From: Moniliella sp. 'wahieum'
Lineage: Eukaryota
Length of the DNA stretch: 64,000 nt
Direction: 5' to 3'
Assembly: GCA_003971905.1 (NCBI GenBank)
Contig: RSEE01000164.1
Span: forward strand, 1 to 64,000
Shown here: positions 10,949 through 23,475 of the stretch, one piece after another
How positions within the stretch are numbered: the stretch's first letter is position 1
Layout: every line of letters starts with the position of its first letter
Notes under the pieces: generated by a model
Told to the model about the DNA's origin: nothing
Databases searched by the model: none
The model's input: only the letters and a program-made list of their open reading frames with translations
Position numbers and translations under genes: made by a program

Positions 10949-13900
10949 TCACTCGCGCGTCGGCGCCGGTGGTGGAGGGCGACGTTGGCTCGTACCGGGC
11001 TGGGTAGATGAGGTAGGGGTGGTAGATGTGGGAGTGAGGGAAGCTGTGGATGATGCGGAAGGTAGAGTCGTTTTGGCGTCATCCCCCAACTGGGTAGGGA
11101 CGGACTTGGCCGGACGCGGAGGGGGTGGGGCCTTGCGCCGGGTGGGCGTGGCGCTGCCAGACACTGTCTGGCTGGATGCGTTCCGGGCCAAGGGAGCCGG
11201 GCGTACGGGGGCAAGTGATTTCGGCTTCGTCGTAGATTCCGAGCGGTTTCAGGCCACCAATGGTAACTATCTCCCGACGGGTATGGGAGCGAGTTGGGGT
11301 CGGGCCTCCCCGCACGAATTGCGGCAGCAACAGCAGCGTGGGACTGAGTCCCCAATGCTTGCTGAGATTTGAGGTAAGTCTCGTACTGTTTGGGGGCCAA
11401 TTGATGGAGAATGTCATGATACATCTTGCGGCGCTTGGCGTGATCAATGTCAGTGACCGATGCTTGGAAAAGAGAGTAGACCGGGCGATGGTCGGAGGAG
11501 CGAAGCTCAGAGCGGAAGTAGACAATTTGCTCCATCTGCTCAGGCGAGAAGAGGATGCGGTCGGTCCATGCAGGAGCACGTTGCTTCTCCGACGTGTCGT
11601 ACACATCCTGCCCCACGTCGTACTTGTACGTGGGCCGGAATCGGATCGGGCCTTCGTCTAAGCCAGGGAACACCAACCCCTGAGCCCGCGCCACCCTCAA
11701 TTGGTCATTGGCATAGAGAGTATCGTAGTCATCCTCTAGGGCCAGTTTACGGGCCACGTCGGCGGGAAGGTTAATGCGGTAGTTAAAGTCACCAAGCCAT
11801 ACGATGTTGTCGTGAGAGCTCACGATCTTGCCCCGACTAAATGTCAGAGATTGGTTGATAGTTTCGAAATCAGCGTTGCGTTCGTCCACTTGGGCCTGAC
11901 CGGCTGCCAGATGTGCAACGACAAAGCAAAAGCTCGAGTCGTAAAGGGTGAACCGAACCGCGACACCACCCTTGTTTCCGCTCATCCCCTTGAGCCCGGT
12001 CTTCTTTGTGTCCGTTTCGACAGCACGAATGTGAGGAAGAATGTCCTCGCGGACAATAACCAACTGAGCCGTGCCGACGAGTTGTTCGCTTCGTAAGACG
12101 ACATAATTACGCCCCTTCTCGGACCCATACGTGTTGCGTAGCGTGTCCAACAACAAATTCTCCCACCTCATCCTCTGGGTGGAGTCAGCCATCAATATTT
12201 GCTGCGCATTCAGTTCAACCACCTCCTCGAAGCCAACAACGAAGATCTCGGGCGTAATGTGGGGTGATGGTCTCAGCCAGGATTCCAAGGACTTGGCAGT
12301 GGAGAGTTTTCCTCCGACATTCCAAGTTCCAACGAACAGATAGACTTGTTTCTGGCTTGAGAATTCGTCCATACGCTCAAAGAGTTCGGCCTCGATTGCG
12401 TCATGGACGAGATCTAAGATCTGGACTGAGGCCTGGTTGGGCATTTGCCCTAACAAGAGGTCAATCATGCTCTGTCGATCCTTGTCCTGGAACGTGGTCA
12501 TGTACGTCCTCGAAACGGACTTGACTGCGTTGCTCAGGAAGCCACCGAGTGTCTTCTTTCCGCTCTTAGTGAACGAGGTATTGAGTGCACCCGTTCCCGC
12601 ATAAATGCGCGAGAGGGCGTCTCCATTTTGGCCCCAAAGGCGCATCAACGCCATCCACAAGGGTGCCCGGGTGAATTCACCGCGCTGAAGGCGACGTTGG
12701 CTTCTGCGGCACGGGAAAGGAAGAGTTGCAGAGAAAATTGGGAGAAATACTCCTGAACCACGTTAGTTCGGTCGAGGCAATCGAGGCAATTGGTGCGTAT
12801 CACGCCTTGTTGATGTACACGATACTTTCCATCGGCGTCCATGACCGAAAAGGCATACTGTTTAGTCTTGCCCATAGCCGCCGCATTGCGTCCAACCTCG
12901 TTGCGCATCTGCTCAATCCCACCCACTTGGCGCGAAATGTTGTGGAAATCGAACTGAGTAAGCTGTGGGCGTGCAAATATGTCGACCTGTTCCAACTCCG
13001 CCACCTCCCGCTTGGCTTCGGATGAGTTGGCAGCCAAGATAGCAGCAGCGGCCATGATATCTTCCTTCGTTGTCGCCTTTGCATGTTCGAGATAGGATGC
13101 CGAGAGACCCTGTTCCATACCTCGCTGACCCAAGAGGTTAAATCCGTGTACCAGCCCGTACCGCATCTCGAGCGCGGCCCAGTGTCGCTGGAAGACCCGC
13201 GTGGACGATTCAAAAGGGCGAGTGATCTGTACTTTGGTATTGAGCGGAGGAATTCCCGACTGTTCCCAGAACACTGGCACTGAGCCACGTAGCTGGACAT
13301 GGCTATAGCTAACACCGTCCATGTAAAAGATAACTTCGGACTGGACGACGTCAGCACAAATTCGGGCTCACACAAAGGGAGGAACATACCTCGACGAAGT
13401 TAGCTACATTTCCATCATCATCGATACCGCGTGTATTGATGCGCGTGCCAGCTCGCTTCCAGCTGAGGCGACTGATGAGCGAGATCGACGCAGGCCCAGC
13501 CTCAGGTACGGAAGGGGATCCGGGTAAAGTAGCAATGCCGACAAAACCACGAATGACACACATGAGGAAGCCACCACGGTCAAACTGGATGCGCTCCTGG
13601 TAATCAAGTTTGGTGCGGTAGGAGATGAGGGGTTCGAGCATATAGGTGTTCCAGACAAATTCGGGCTCAAACATGGCAATATCATGGGTGTGCTCCTGGG
13701 GTGCGGACGGGCAGCGGCGGTCGAGGCGGGATGATAGGTCAAATAGATTGTCAAAGGCATAGTAGAATGTTCCGTTGGCCAGAAGCCGGCGCACGCCGGC
13801 ACATGGATGTTCATAGACGCTGGGTTGCGTCTGATACTCATCGTAACCAGCTGAGGCGGACGAGTAAGTGGTAGGGTCGTTGGGATTCGTGATAACGGAG

Positions 13901-14340
13901 TCGTCCCAGGTAGCACGATTCAGACAAAAAAACTCGGTGCCAGTGATCTTCATCACGGGCTCGCCGGGTCGTAAATGGCCCTGTTCGACGGCGAAAGTGA
14001 CAACCGCAAGGAAGAGGTCGGAGCCAATGTTCATGAGACCGAGGCAGCCAGCGGCAGGTAGCGTGGGAGTGAGCCGGCGGAGGGAACGAAGGTCAATCTC
14101 CGAAAGGGGGACCATGTCGGCCTGGGCAGTGACAGCGTCGGTGCGGGCATGGGCGGTGTGGCCCTGGGCAAGGCCCCGGCGTGGGGCAGGGGCAAGGACG
14201 AAGGCAAGAGTGTCGGGATCGGCAGGGGGGTCACGCGCACCATCGCGCACTGCATAGCGGCTAGATGCTGGACCTGCAGGCGCACTGGGCACGAGCACGA
14301 GCGCGCGGGGCGCCTCGCGCAGATAGACATGGAGCGGCAT
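10949..14340 (-). CDS. Synaptojanin-like phosphoinositide phosphatase (Sac1 domain plus 5-phosphatase; Inp51/52/53 family)
   Basis: RAGTRINTRGIDDDGNVANFVE, QLRGSVPVFWEQ, RTNCLDCLDRTN (Sac1 CX5R). 5-phosphatase motifs GNKGGVA, WLGDFNYRI, PTYKYD, PAWTDRIL, SDHRPV. Intron 13389-13341. Pro-rich tail. Confidence 0.95.
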
Positions 14341-14544
14341 CGGCGGCCGGAGGTGGTGGGGGCGGGGCGGCTGTGCGCCGCCGGCTGTCCCACGTGCCGG
14401 CCTGGGCGGTATGGGCGGCGCAGGCGGCGCTGTGGATGAGCTGAGCTCCATTCCGCCTCGGGCCTGGCCGCCAATTCCGCGTCGTTGGAGGGGCCGAGGG
14501 GTGCACAGGAGGACAGACGGCCAAGCGCGGCCTGGTGCTGTAGA

Positions 14545-14670
14545 CTGATGATGCATGATGCATGATGCATGATGGTGCATCGGTGACCGGTGACTATGGC
14601 TGCTAGAAAAGTGCGACCGAGTGACTCACTGATGACGCGATGATCGATGATCGATGACGCTTGACGTCAA
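14545..14670. repeat. Palindrome-heptamer tract in the INP5x/Zn2Cys6 divergent promoter
   Basis: (TGATGCA)x3 at 14549-14569, TGACCGGTGA, (TGATCGA)x2 at 14641-14654, TTGACGTCAA. Confidence 0.85.
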
Positions 14671-14805
14671 CCTTGCCGCTTGCTGCGACGCTCGAGCATG
14701 CCAGGAAATGCCCGCAAGGCCGCAATGCCGCTAGGCCGGCCGACGCAGGCTCACGCGCTCACGCCTCCGCTGGCGGTGGCCTGGCCACCAACCACCATCT
14801 CCTCC

Positions 14806-17800
14806 ATGTCCTCGCCCCCTCCTCCCCCCTCGCCCCCCTGTCGGCTCCCGACGACCCTTCTGCCAAGCGCATCAAGCTTGAAGACGAAGAGAATAAGCCC
14901 ACCAGCCCCGCCTCCAGTGCCTCTCCGCCTGCCCACCGCCACGCTGCCCCTCCCGTCAAAGCGGCGTGCCTCTTCTGTCGTGCGCGCAAGTCCAAGTGCG
15001 ACGGCAAGCAGCCATGCAAGACGTGTATTGTGAAGCACCAGGAGTGCATCTACAAGGCCTCTCGCCGTGGTATCAAGCGCAAGCACTTGGAGCCCGCCCC
15101 CGTCCAGTCCCATCTCAATGATCTGCTGGGTCTTTCCAATCTCCCACACAGTGTCCGTGTTCCGGGGCTGGTCCCACAGCTGCGCTCATTCCAGCAGCCC
15201 GTTGATCTGAGCACCCTCAGCCCGTACGACCTTAACGCCCTGCAGTCCGCCCTCTTGGCCTCACAGGACGTCCAGAGCCAGGGACAAGGAAGTGCGTTAG
15301 ATCCTTCCGCATCCGCATCTCAACTCAACACCCCTGCTGCATTTCCCGCCACCAATCCTCTGGCCACAGCTTCCCCCCAAGCCAACCCGAACCAACCTGA
15401 CTACAATTCACTTCTTTCTGTTGCATTTGGGTAGCATGAACGTGGATAGTGGCAGGCGCAGCCCACTCTCGACACGACCGCCAGCACTGCCACCCAAACG
15501 GCACCAGAGCTACAACAGCAACAGCAGTTTCTTTCCTGGCTCATGGGTGCAACTACCCAGCCAACGGTGCTGAATGGTCAGCCGTTTGACAGTGAACCAA
15601 TGAACCCTACGGCCTCCACTGGCGGGGGAGGGCTATCGGCCCAGGTGGTGTCCCAGTTGACTGACCAGGTCAAGCAAGAGATCCCCTTTTCGGCTCCACC
15701 TGACTCGACCACTACCACGTCTGGTGGGACACGGATGGCAATCGGCCCACTGGCGCCCCTGGGTCACTACCCAACTTCTTCCGGGGGTGGACACTCAAGA
15801 GCTCCTGTGGGCGCCAGTGTACCAGACCCCAAGTCACGGGCGCGGCAGCTGTTGGTCGACTTTTATCTCAAACTATATGCCTTCATCCCCGTTCTACTAC
15901 CACCGGAGCACATTGAAACGTTTGTGGAGCTGTTTGGGTCTCATCGATCTGCCTTTTTGCTGGCGCTCGAGTGCATTCTTCCCCTCCTGGATGAAAAGGT
16001 TGAGCTTGAGCCGACGAGGGGCCCGATGCGTTCAACTCGCCGGCACGTCAGCTCAGGCGTCAAACGGCAGCGTACTATGCCCGACAGGCCAGAGACGCGA
16101 TTGATGAAGTGCTCGAGACAATCGAAGAGAAGGCGGATTGGGGATCTCTTCTTGAAGTGTTGCAGGCCCTTGGTGTTGGCCATCTATGTATGGTTCTGGG
16201 CGAGCGGTGAAGGCACGGCTTAAGGCGGACCAAGCCTTGGGTTGGCCATGTCCCATGGCCTCCACCGCCTCTCATCGCAAAAAGCGTTTGAGAGCCTGCT
16301 AGGTGCCCGCACGTCTCCGTCTGTGGGGAGAGACATTACGGAACACTTCTCGTCTGAGTGTCTATTCGAGATGTCCAAGCGCATCTGGTGGGTCACTTGG
16401 TCCCTCCTCATGTACGCCTCCTACAATACCGGGAAACTTTGACTATTCGTGCCGATGATCCGCGTGTCACCTCAGCCCTCCCATCGGGATCAGGCCAACA
16501 CAACGCTTGGGTGGGCAATGTTTTGACCCTTCAAACGCTTTTACAGGTTCAGGACCGAGTTCTGGCCTTGTCGCAGTCTACTGACATGGATGAGGCCCAG
16601 CAATCGTCTGACATATTTTCCCCATCTTGGTCTTTGGGTCCGACGAGAGTCACCTCCCTCGCAGCTGCCTCACGCATCGCCGGTTTGGCCAGATCCCATC
16701 CTTGATGCCTTCCTCAGACCCCACAAGTTGGGACGTCAAACCAAAGTGGCAGTCTTGTTCAACACACATCCGTCACTGCCACTCCCTCATCGCGCCGCCA
16801 AATCATCGAAAATATGGTCGCGATTGACAAAGCTTTGGCATGCCAAATTGAGCAACTGGAACAACAACCTCTCCCCTGGCTCCAGCCCGATTGGCCACAC
16901 AGCCGACAGACTTGTCGCAGGTCGAGGCGGGGTTAGTAGCATACCAACAACTCGGCACTGGCCTTCAGCTGTACACGGCCTGGCTTACACTCCACCTGTA
17001 CTCAGCATTCCACGGAGCCTCCCTGTTTGAGCGCAAGTTGTGCTTCCTTAGCTGTGTCAATGACGAGAACGCAAAATCGCCTGGCACCAGTGGTGCCACG
17101 GGTGGTACCTCGGGGCCTGGCATTTCCCGTTCTCTGTCCACAGGGGGAATTCGCTTTCACCTGTACCGATCCCTGACGCCTATTCAGCCATCTTTCCGAA
17201 CCAGTCAAGCCATGCCTCCAACCTGCCAACTGGAGGCGACAATAGACTGGCTTACGAGCAACATGGATCTGACCCAGGACTTTGCTGCGCCGACGACGTC
17301 GGCCGGGGAATGGTTACTCCATGTCGCTGGCTTGCCCACACTGGACCAAAGACCGGGCAGCTGCATTCCCTGGCTCTTCGCCCCGCCTTCCGGGACGGAT
17401 ATTACGGCGTTGCAGGCGGACACCAAGCCGCGCTCATCACCAGGGGTGTTTGATGCGCGATACTCGTTGGATCGGTGTGTATACGCGTCAAAGCGTTTAC
17501 TAGAGATCATGGTTCATGACGAGTTGAGAGCCAACCCATTCCCAGCATGCAGTGCCTTGCTCATCTCGTACACATTGTTGATGCAAGTCATGAGCGTGAG
17601 CAATGATTTGATTGCCGATCTCATGTCGAACTCCAGCTCGAATCCAACACACGACCTACTCCAGTCGGCCCAAGCATCCGCTGCGCTGCAACCCCAGCCC
17701 AACGATGCTTGTCCCATCCCTCGCAGCAGGATCGCTTGGCGGTCCTCGTCGATATTTGGGACAAGGTCCGTATGGCCCACGATACGCTCGTAAGGCTCGC

Positions 17801-17951
17801 TCAGCACTACGACATGGTGGTGCCCATGGCGCAAGAAGTGCAAGTTTGTTTGCAGACAAGCCAAATGTTGTTTGATCAAGATGCTGCTGATCATGGGCTT
17901 ACTGGTCCTGACATTGACGACAGCCTCCCATTATCAACAGCTGGCCATTAA
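14806..17951 (+). CDS. Zn(II)2Cys6 fungal transcription factor, frameshifted
   Basis: ACLFCRARKSKCDGKQPCKTCIVKHQECIY binuclear cluster. Middle-homology-like segments (LLVDFYLKLYAFIPVL, KRIWW). Start and end pieced together across frames. Confidence 0.85.
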
Positions 17952-18228
17952 CTTAATCATCGCCCGAGGGGAGGCGAGTCGCCTCTGATCTCCCCAAGAG
18001 ATCTTAGCCTATTCTCTCCGCGCCCTCGATGCCTGCCGAAGAATGGACTGGATTGGCCTCTAGGCCGTTACACTCTACCATAGTTTTGCTTTCTGTACGC
18101 CAAGGAACTAGGACGATTGCCACACTACAGACGTCCGAAATGCGTTGCTTTGAAGCGAATATATATCTTCGCCCTACTTGCAACCTACGGAGCCCCCCAG
18201 GTAGATGTGCTGCCATCCGAGAATTGGA

Positions 18229-18302
18229 TTGAACGTTTAGCGTTTATCTGAAGTTCAACGTTCAACGTTCAATTGGAGAGCATTGAGATATTGAGACCTC
18301 AG
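18229..18302. repeat. Palindrome-heptamer tract upstream of the MFS gene
   Basis: (TCAACGT)x2+TCA at 18255-18271, then ATATTGA and CTCAG units. Confidence 0.75.
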
Positions 18303-18554
18303 AGGTTGGACAGGGCGAGCTCGGAGGCAGTCCTCCCAAATCGGGCGACTTTGGCCTTGATTGGCACTGTCCCAGTGCTACATCGCACCCCCGCCCGCGC
18401 GTCTTACTCGCGAGCAAGTGTGGATCCTGTATTTTCCCTACAGGATCTTTGATCGCGCACAAAACGTTCGTTCCCGTGTCCACCACCACTGTTTTTTTTA
18501 CCCCCCCCCCCCTCTCCCCACTCTCTCTTGTTAATTGGTCGTCGTTCGACCGCG

Positions 18555-20503
18555 ATGGCTGACGACCAACCCCCCCAAGCCTGGGAGCCACACGCATCAT
18601 CCGGCCCCACCTCGTCTTGGGTCGCCTGCGACGCTACTCCTGTCCCCATGGCAAAAGGGATGCAGGCTCTTAGGAAACGAAAACAAATGATTTGGCTCTT
18701 CCCATGACGCCCTGGTCGCAAACTCCTTACTTGCATGGTTCTCCTATGGGATCAACTTCCTCACTGCTCCTCGTTCAAGGACAATTCGGTGTATGACATG
18801 TCAGATGTGGACTTGGGGCAGCAGAGCCTCAACAGCCCACTGCGCCAATGACCACCTCCACATCTGCCCCAACTCTGGAACAAGTTCATGGGCTTCGAGA
18901 AGTTATTTGTCTTTTGCGTTTGTCAAACACAGTTCATGTGCCAAGCAGGACTGTCGTCATGTCTGGCTCCACTTGACTTGCTGGTCAAAGAGTTCAATCT
19001 CAACCCTGGCCAATCGAGTTGGCTGATTGCGGGATTCTCCCTTACATGTGGTACACTCATCCTTGTGTCTGGTAGGATGGGCGACGTGTTAGTTGTTTGG
19101 TCATCGACGCATGGTCCTCTTCGGTTGGATTTGGTTTGCCATTTGGTCGGTCATTGCGGGCCTCTCAGTTTACTCGGGCTACATGTTGCTCGTAATTTCT
19201 CGAACCATGGCGGGGATCGGGCCTGCCATTCTACTTCCCAACGGTTTGGCCCTTTTGGGTGCCTATTATCCCCCAGGTAAACGCAAGACGCTCATGTTCT
19301 CCCTCTTTGGCATGTCTGCTCCAACAGGCGCTCTGATTGGGGGAATTGGCTCGGCAGCATTGTCTCAATACGTCTGGTGGCCTTGGGCCATGTGGGTCAA
19401 TGGGATATGGTGTGTTGTTCTGCTGGGCTTATCAGCTTGGGCTCTACCCCGCCCATTCACTCGGCCCCAGGTAAATAAGACCCTGACACATGTTATGAGC
19501 ATCCTCGATATGGGAGGATCGGCCTTGGGTGTCACCGCCTTAATTCTCATCAATGTCGCTTTCAACGAAGGCCCAACGGTCGGATGGGGTGTTGCATGGG
19601 TCATCGTCCTTCTCCTCCTCGGTGTGATTCTCATTGGTCTGTTTTTCTTCTTTGAGCTGAAAGTGGCTGAAAATCCTCTGCTGGCAAAGGAAGTGTTGAA
19701 CTCCACTGCTTACATGCTCGGTGCCATGGGGGCCGGTGGGCCGCTTTCACTGTGTGGTTGTACTATGGCCAATGGAGGATTTACTTCCTTCGTCACCAAA
19801 CACCAATCATTGCCGCTCTCCAATTCCTGCCCTGTCCCATTTTCGGCGCATGTGCAGCTCTCTCAATGGGCTGGTTATTGCCCGGATTGGGCCTGCCAGG
19901 ACTATGCTCATCTCGATGATTGCGTTTACCGTGGCACCACTCTTATCAGCACTCGCACCCCTTCATCAAACCTACTTCGCACTAACCATGGTTTCGGTCA
20001 TTGTCGCACCGTTTGGGATGGACCTGTCAATGCCCTCCGCCACCATACTGCTTTCCAACTCTGTTAGTCCAGATCAGCAAGGTGTTGTAGCCTCCCTTGT
20101 TTGTACCGTCATCAACTACACTGGTTCCCTGAGCCTAGGCTTGGCCACAACCATTGCCCAAAGTACTTCTACTGGCAACCTTGGGGATGAAATGATCCTT
20201 CAGGGATACCATAACGCTCTTTTCTTCGCTGTCGGACTCGGCGGACTCGGCGTCTTGATCGCGTTTTGTTTCATGTTGCGTTCGGACCATCATACCCGTC
20301 AGGCCAAGCGCAGCGAACCCGCGACACCTATGCATACAAGAGTCCACCGTACCACGACCTTGTCTACTGCACGCACCACCTCTGTTGACCTCTCCTCTCG
20401 TTTCTCTTCGTTTCCCATCAATGGGAGTTTGAATTCCGCCCAGTACACCCGCCCAAGCATACCCCCTTCTCGCGCCATGACTCCTTCGCCTAATCCTTTC
20501 TAA
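18555..20503 (+). CDS. MFS drug/H+ antiporter, DHA2 (Atr1-like) family, frameshifted
   Basis: SWLIAGFSLTCGTLILVSGRMGD..FGHRR motif A, GIGPAILLPNGLALLG motif C, DLSMPSATILLSNSV..QQGVVASLV, many hydrophobic helices. Confidence 0.9.
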
Positions 20504-20601
20504 CGTTTACTTCTACTGCCTCCCTTGCCACATATATCATCACTTACCCAACTCGGACCATGCCTTGCACGATTGAATCAATTTGATATGAAATGCGAAT
20601 C

Positions 20602-21362
20602 TTACTCTTCGTCCATTCTTGGAATTTTATGACCCTCATCCTCATCCGCTTCATCACTACGATTGCGTTTGAGGTGCGAGTCAGGGACATGGCCACGGGC
20701 CTGGGCATAGTCTTCATAGTACTCCCCCTCTGCACCGGATGGAATAACCCGTTGCTGGTCCCCTTCCGCGTGGGGCATTCCCTCGATCGTCGAGCGCCAT
20801 ACACAGCACGAATCTGTTCTTCGCGCCGCCTCCGATCCTCTTCCTCTTGAATCCGCGCATGACCCCAACCACCACGGCCGGCATCGTACTCTTGACGGTA
20901 CTCATCCCGGACTTGGCCTCCGCTGCGGCCACGTCCATACTGGCGGCCATCCCGGTATCCAGGATCCAGATCACATCGAATGAAGCGTTCGTCGAGTTTG
21001 GTGCCGCTAATGTAGCGCGTGCATGCGACAGCCTCCGAGTGCTTATAGTACTCAACAAAGCAAAACCCGCAAGGCGTTTTGGTGTTGCGGTCCAGCCCCA
21101 CGATAACACGCTTGATACCAAATCCTGGGGAAGAGCACTGGTTAAACAGCTCGTATATTTGTTCCTCGGTTGTATAGAACGAAAGATTGCCGATATACAG
21201 CGTCGCTGTCTTGGCAAGCTGGTCGTAGTATACGTCCATGCTGACATTGGACCGCGAATCGCGGTCTAAACAGGGTCAGCCGCACATGTATTGAAGTATC
21301 GTCAAGGGAGGGGGGAACTTACACGGAGAGACCTGGTCCAGAGGTTCAAGAACGTGGGCCAT
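20602..21362 (-). CDS. CBC2: Nuclear cap-binding protein subunit 2 (CBP20)
   Basis: [49 protein letters not shown]. Intron 21322-21266 (GTAAGT..TAG). One frameshift near the C-terminus. Confidence 0.96.
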
Positions 21363-21579
21363 GATGATGGAATGGAGGGTCAGGTGGTGATGGCACAGCA
21401 GAAGATACACATCCCCGATGGTGACACCCTGCCCTGCTGCCTGCCGAGCGTGTTTTGGTTGGTGTTGTTGTCGGGCGCTCGTATTCCGCCTTATTCCGCA
21501 CCTATATTTTCTAGCTGGATCGTGGTACTCTCTACTTCGGCCTACTCCACCGCCGGCAAGGCCGCCATTAATTGCCGCG

Positions 21580-23392
21580 ATGGACTTTGCCAAGCTCGAC
21601 ATTGGCAACGTGCAAGCCAAGGCGATCACTGCCAAGCAGGCGTCCAAGGCTGTTGCAAGCGCTGTCTCTAGTGAGACGGCGTACTGGCGCCGCTTCCGTG
21701 CTCCTGTCTTTCTTAAGGAGCATGCACCTATCACCTGCATCCACTATGTGCCCGCCTCCCCCTTCGCCACCACTGGTCCAGAGGCTCTGACTGGCGAGAG
21801 GGCAGTGGCCAACCCCCTGTTTGCCTCTGTTCCCGGCGCGCAGAGTGTCCCTGTCATCTCAGGCCATCCAACGCTATGCAGTTACAGCTGGGCCCCGTGT
21901 CCAACTTTTCTCGACGCGCACCGACAAGGTTGTCAAGACCGTCTCTCGCTTACCGATGTGGCCCGCTCCGGCCACATTCGTTCTGATGGTCGCCTGATGG
22001 TTGCTGGTGATGATTCAGGCCTGATCCAGGTATTTGACGTCAACTCCCGCGCCATCTTACGGACCTTTCGTGGTCACAAACAGTACGTCTCAGTCCTTCC
22101 TCTCCTCTATATTTGGATGATGCGGGTTGCTAACGCGATCCATCTCTAGTCCTGTTCATGTGACAAAGTTTTCCTCGAATCCCACTCAAGTTCTTTCTGC
22201 CTCGGACGACCAGACGGTGCGATTATGGGACATGCCTGACCAAAGCGCTGTTCGCGTTTTCGATCGACACACGGACTATGTTCGTACTGCAGCCGTCAGC
22301 CCCGACAACCCCTCTTCTTCTCAGTGGATCTTATGATGGTACTGTGAGGCTATGGGACGCACGCGTAGAGGAGAATGGGGGTGAGGTGATGCGGATGGAA
22401 CACCGCTCCCCCGGTCAACGATGTACCATCTACCCGACTGCTGGCGGAGGTGTGGCACTCAGTGTTGGCGGCCCAGTACTGCGAGCATGGGACCTGATGA
22501 TGGGTGGGCGCTGTCTCAGGCTGTGTCCAACCATCAAAAGGCAATCACCAGCTTGGCCATCACTATGGATAGCGACGTGGTAGGATCGTTCGATGAAGGG
22601 TCGCAAAGCTTGCGGATCTTGACGGGAGGTCTCGACCAATTGGTCAAGGTTCATGACCCTGCCCAAGATTTCCGTGGACCCACCACGATGCGCTACCCCG
22701 CGCCTATTCTTGCATGGCTCTTGCCCCAGACGAGGACAACTTGCTGTGGGGTATGTCTGATGGAACGATGTGCATCCGAAAACGGGATCTCAAGGCCTCC
22801 GAGGTTGTCCGACGGCAAGATAGGAGAGCGGCATTAGGGCGGAGGTTTGGAGCACCAGCTAGCCCGAAGCAGCAGCGCGTTGACGGGAGATGTTCCTGTG
22901 TTGGACGGCAGTGTGGCCGCTCAAGACGACTTGCGTGCCGATCGACCACGCTCGGCTCGTCTCAAACCGTACGACAAGTATCTCAAGTCGTTCAACTATC
23001 ATGGCGCCTTGGATGCTGTCTTGCGCAAGGGAGTTGCACCCGAAGTGACATTTGCGCTTCTCCTTGAGCTGATCCATCGCAGTCCAGTATCAACAGTCCA
23101 AACGGGCAGCTCGGAAGCCCTCCGGATTGCTGTGATGGACCGGGACGATGTAGGCCTTGAACCCTTACTACGGTTCCTTTTGCGCCACGCTGTTGACCCT
23201 GCCTACATTGACATTGTCGCTGATACCTTGGACGTGATCATTGATGTGTATTCGGGCATGCTGGGCCAGTCGCCCTTGGTCGACGAGACGTTTGGACGGA
23301 TTTGGAACAAAATTGATTCCGATCTCGACTCGCAACAAAGAATCATCCAGGTTAAGGGCGCGCTAGAGATGATCCTAGTGAGCTCGACGTGA
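21580..23392 (+). CDS. UTP15: U3 snoRNA-associated protein 15 (WD40 plus UTP15_C), frameshifted
   Basis: ETAYWRRFR, RSDGRLMVAGDDSGLIQVFDVNSRAILRTF, HTDYVR, LSGSYDGTVRLWD, LKPYDKYLKSFNYHGALD. Intron 22083-22149. Confidence 0.93.
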
Positions 23393-23475
23393 GCTCAGCC
23401 CTGGCATCGAGTGCTTCAGCTTGATTGAACGGGGATATTTCCTGTGCTATGCTTGTCCTGTACTTTTTATCATTC

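Noticed and set aside
21580..23392. UTP15 and other frameshifted genes as pseudogenes or programmed frameshifts
   Set aside because: Indels affect almost all genes, including core ones, while motifs stay intact, so assembly error is far more likely.
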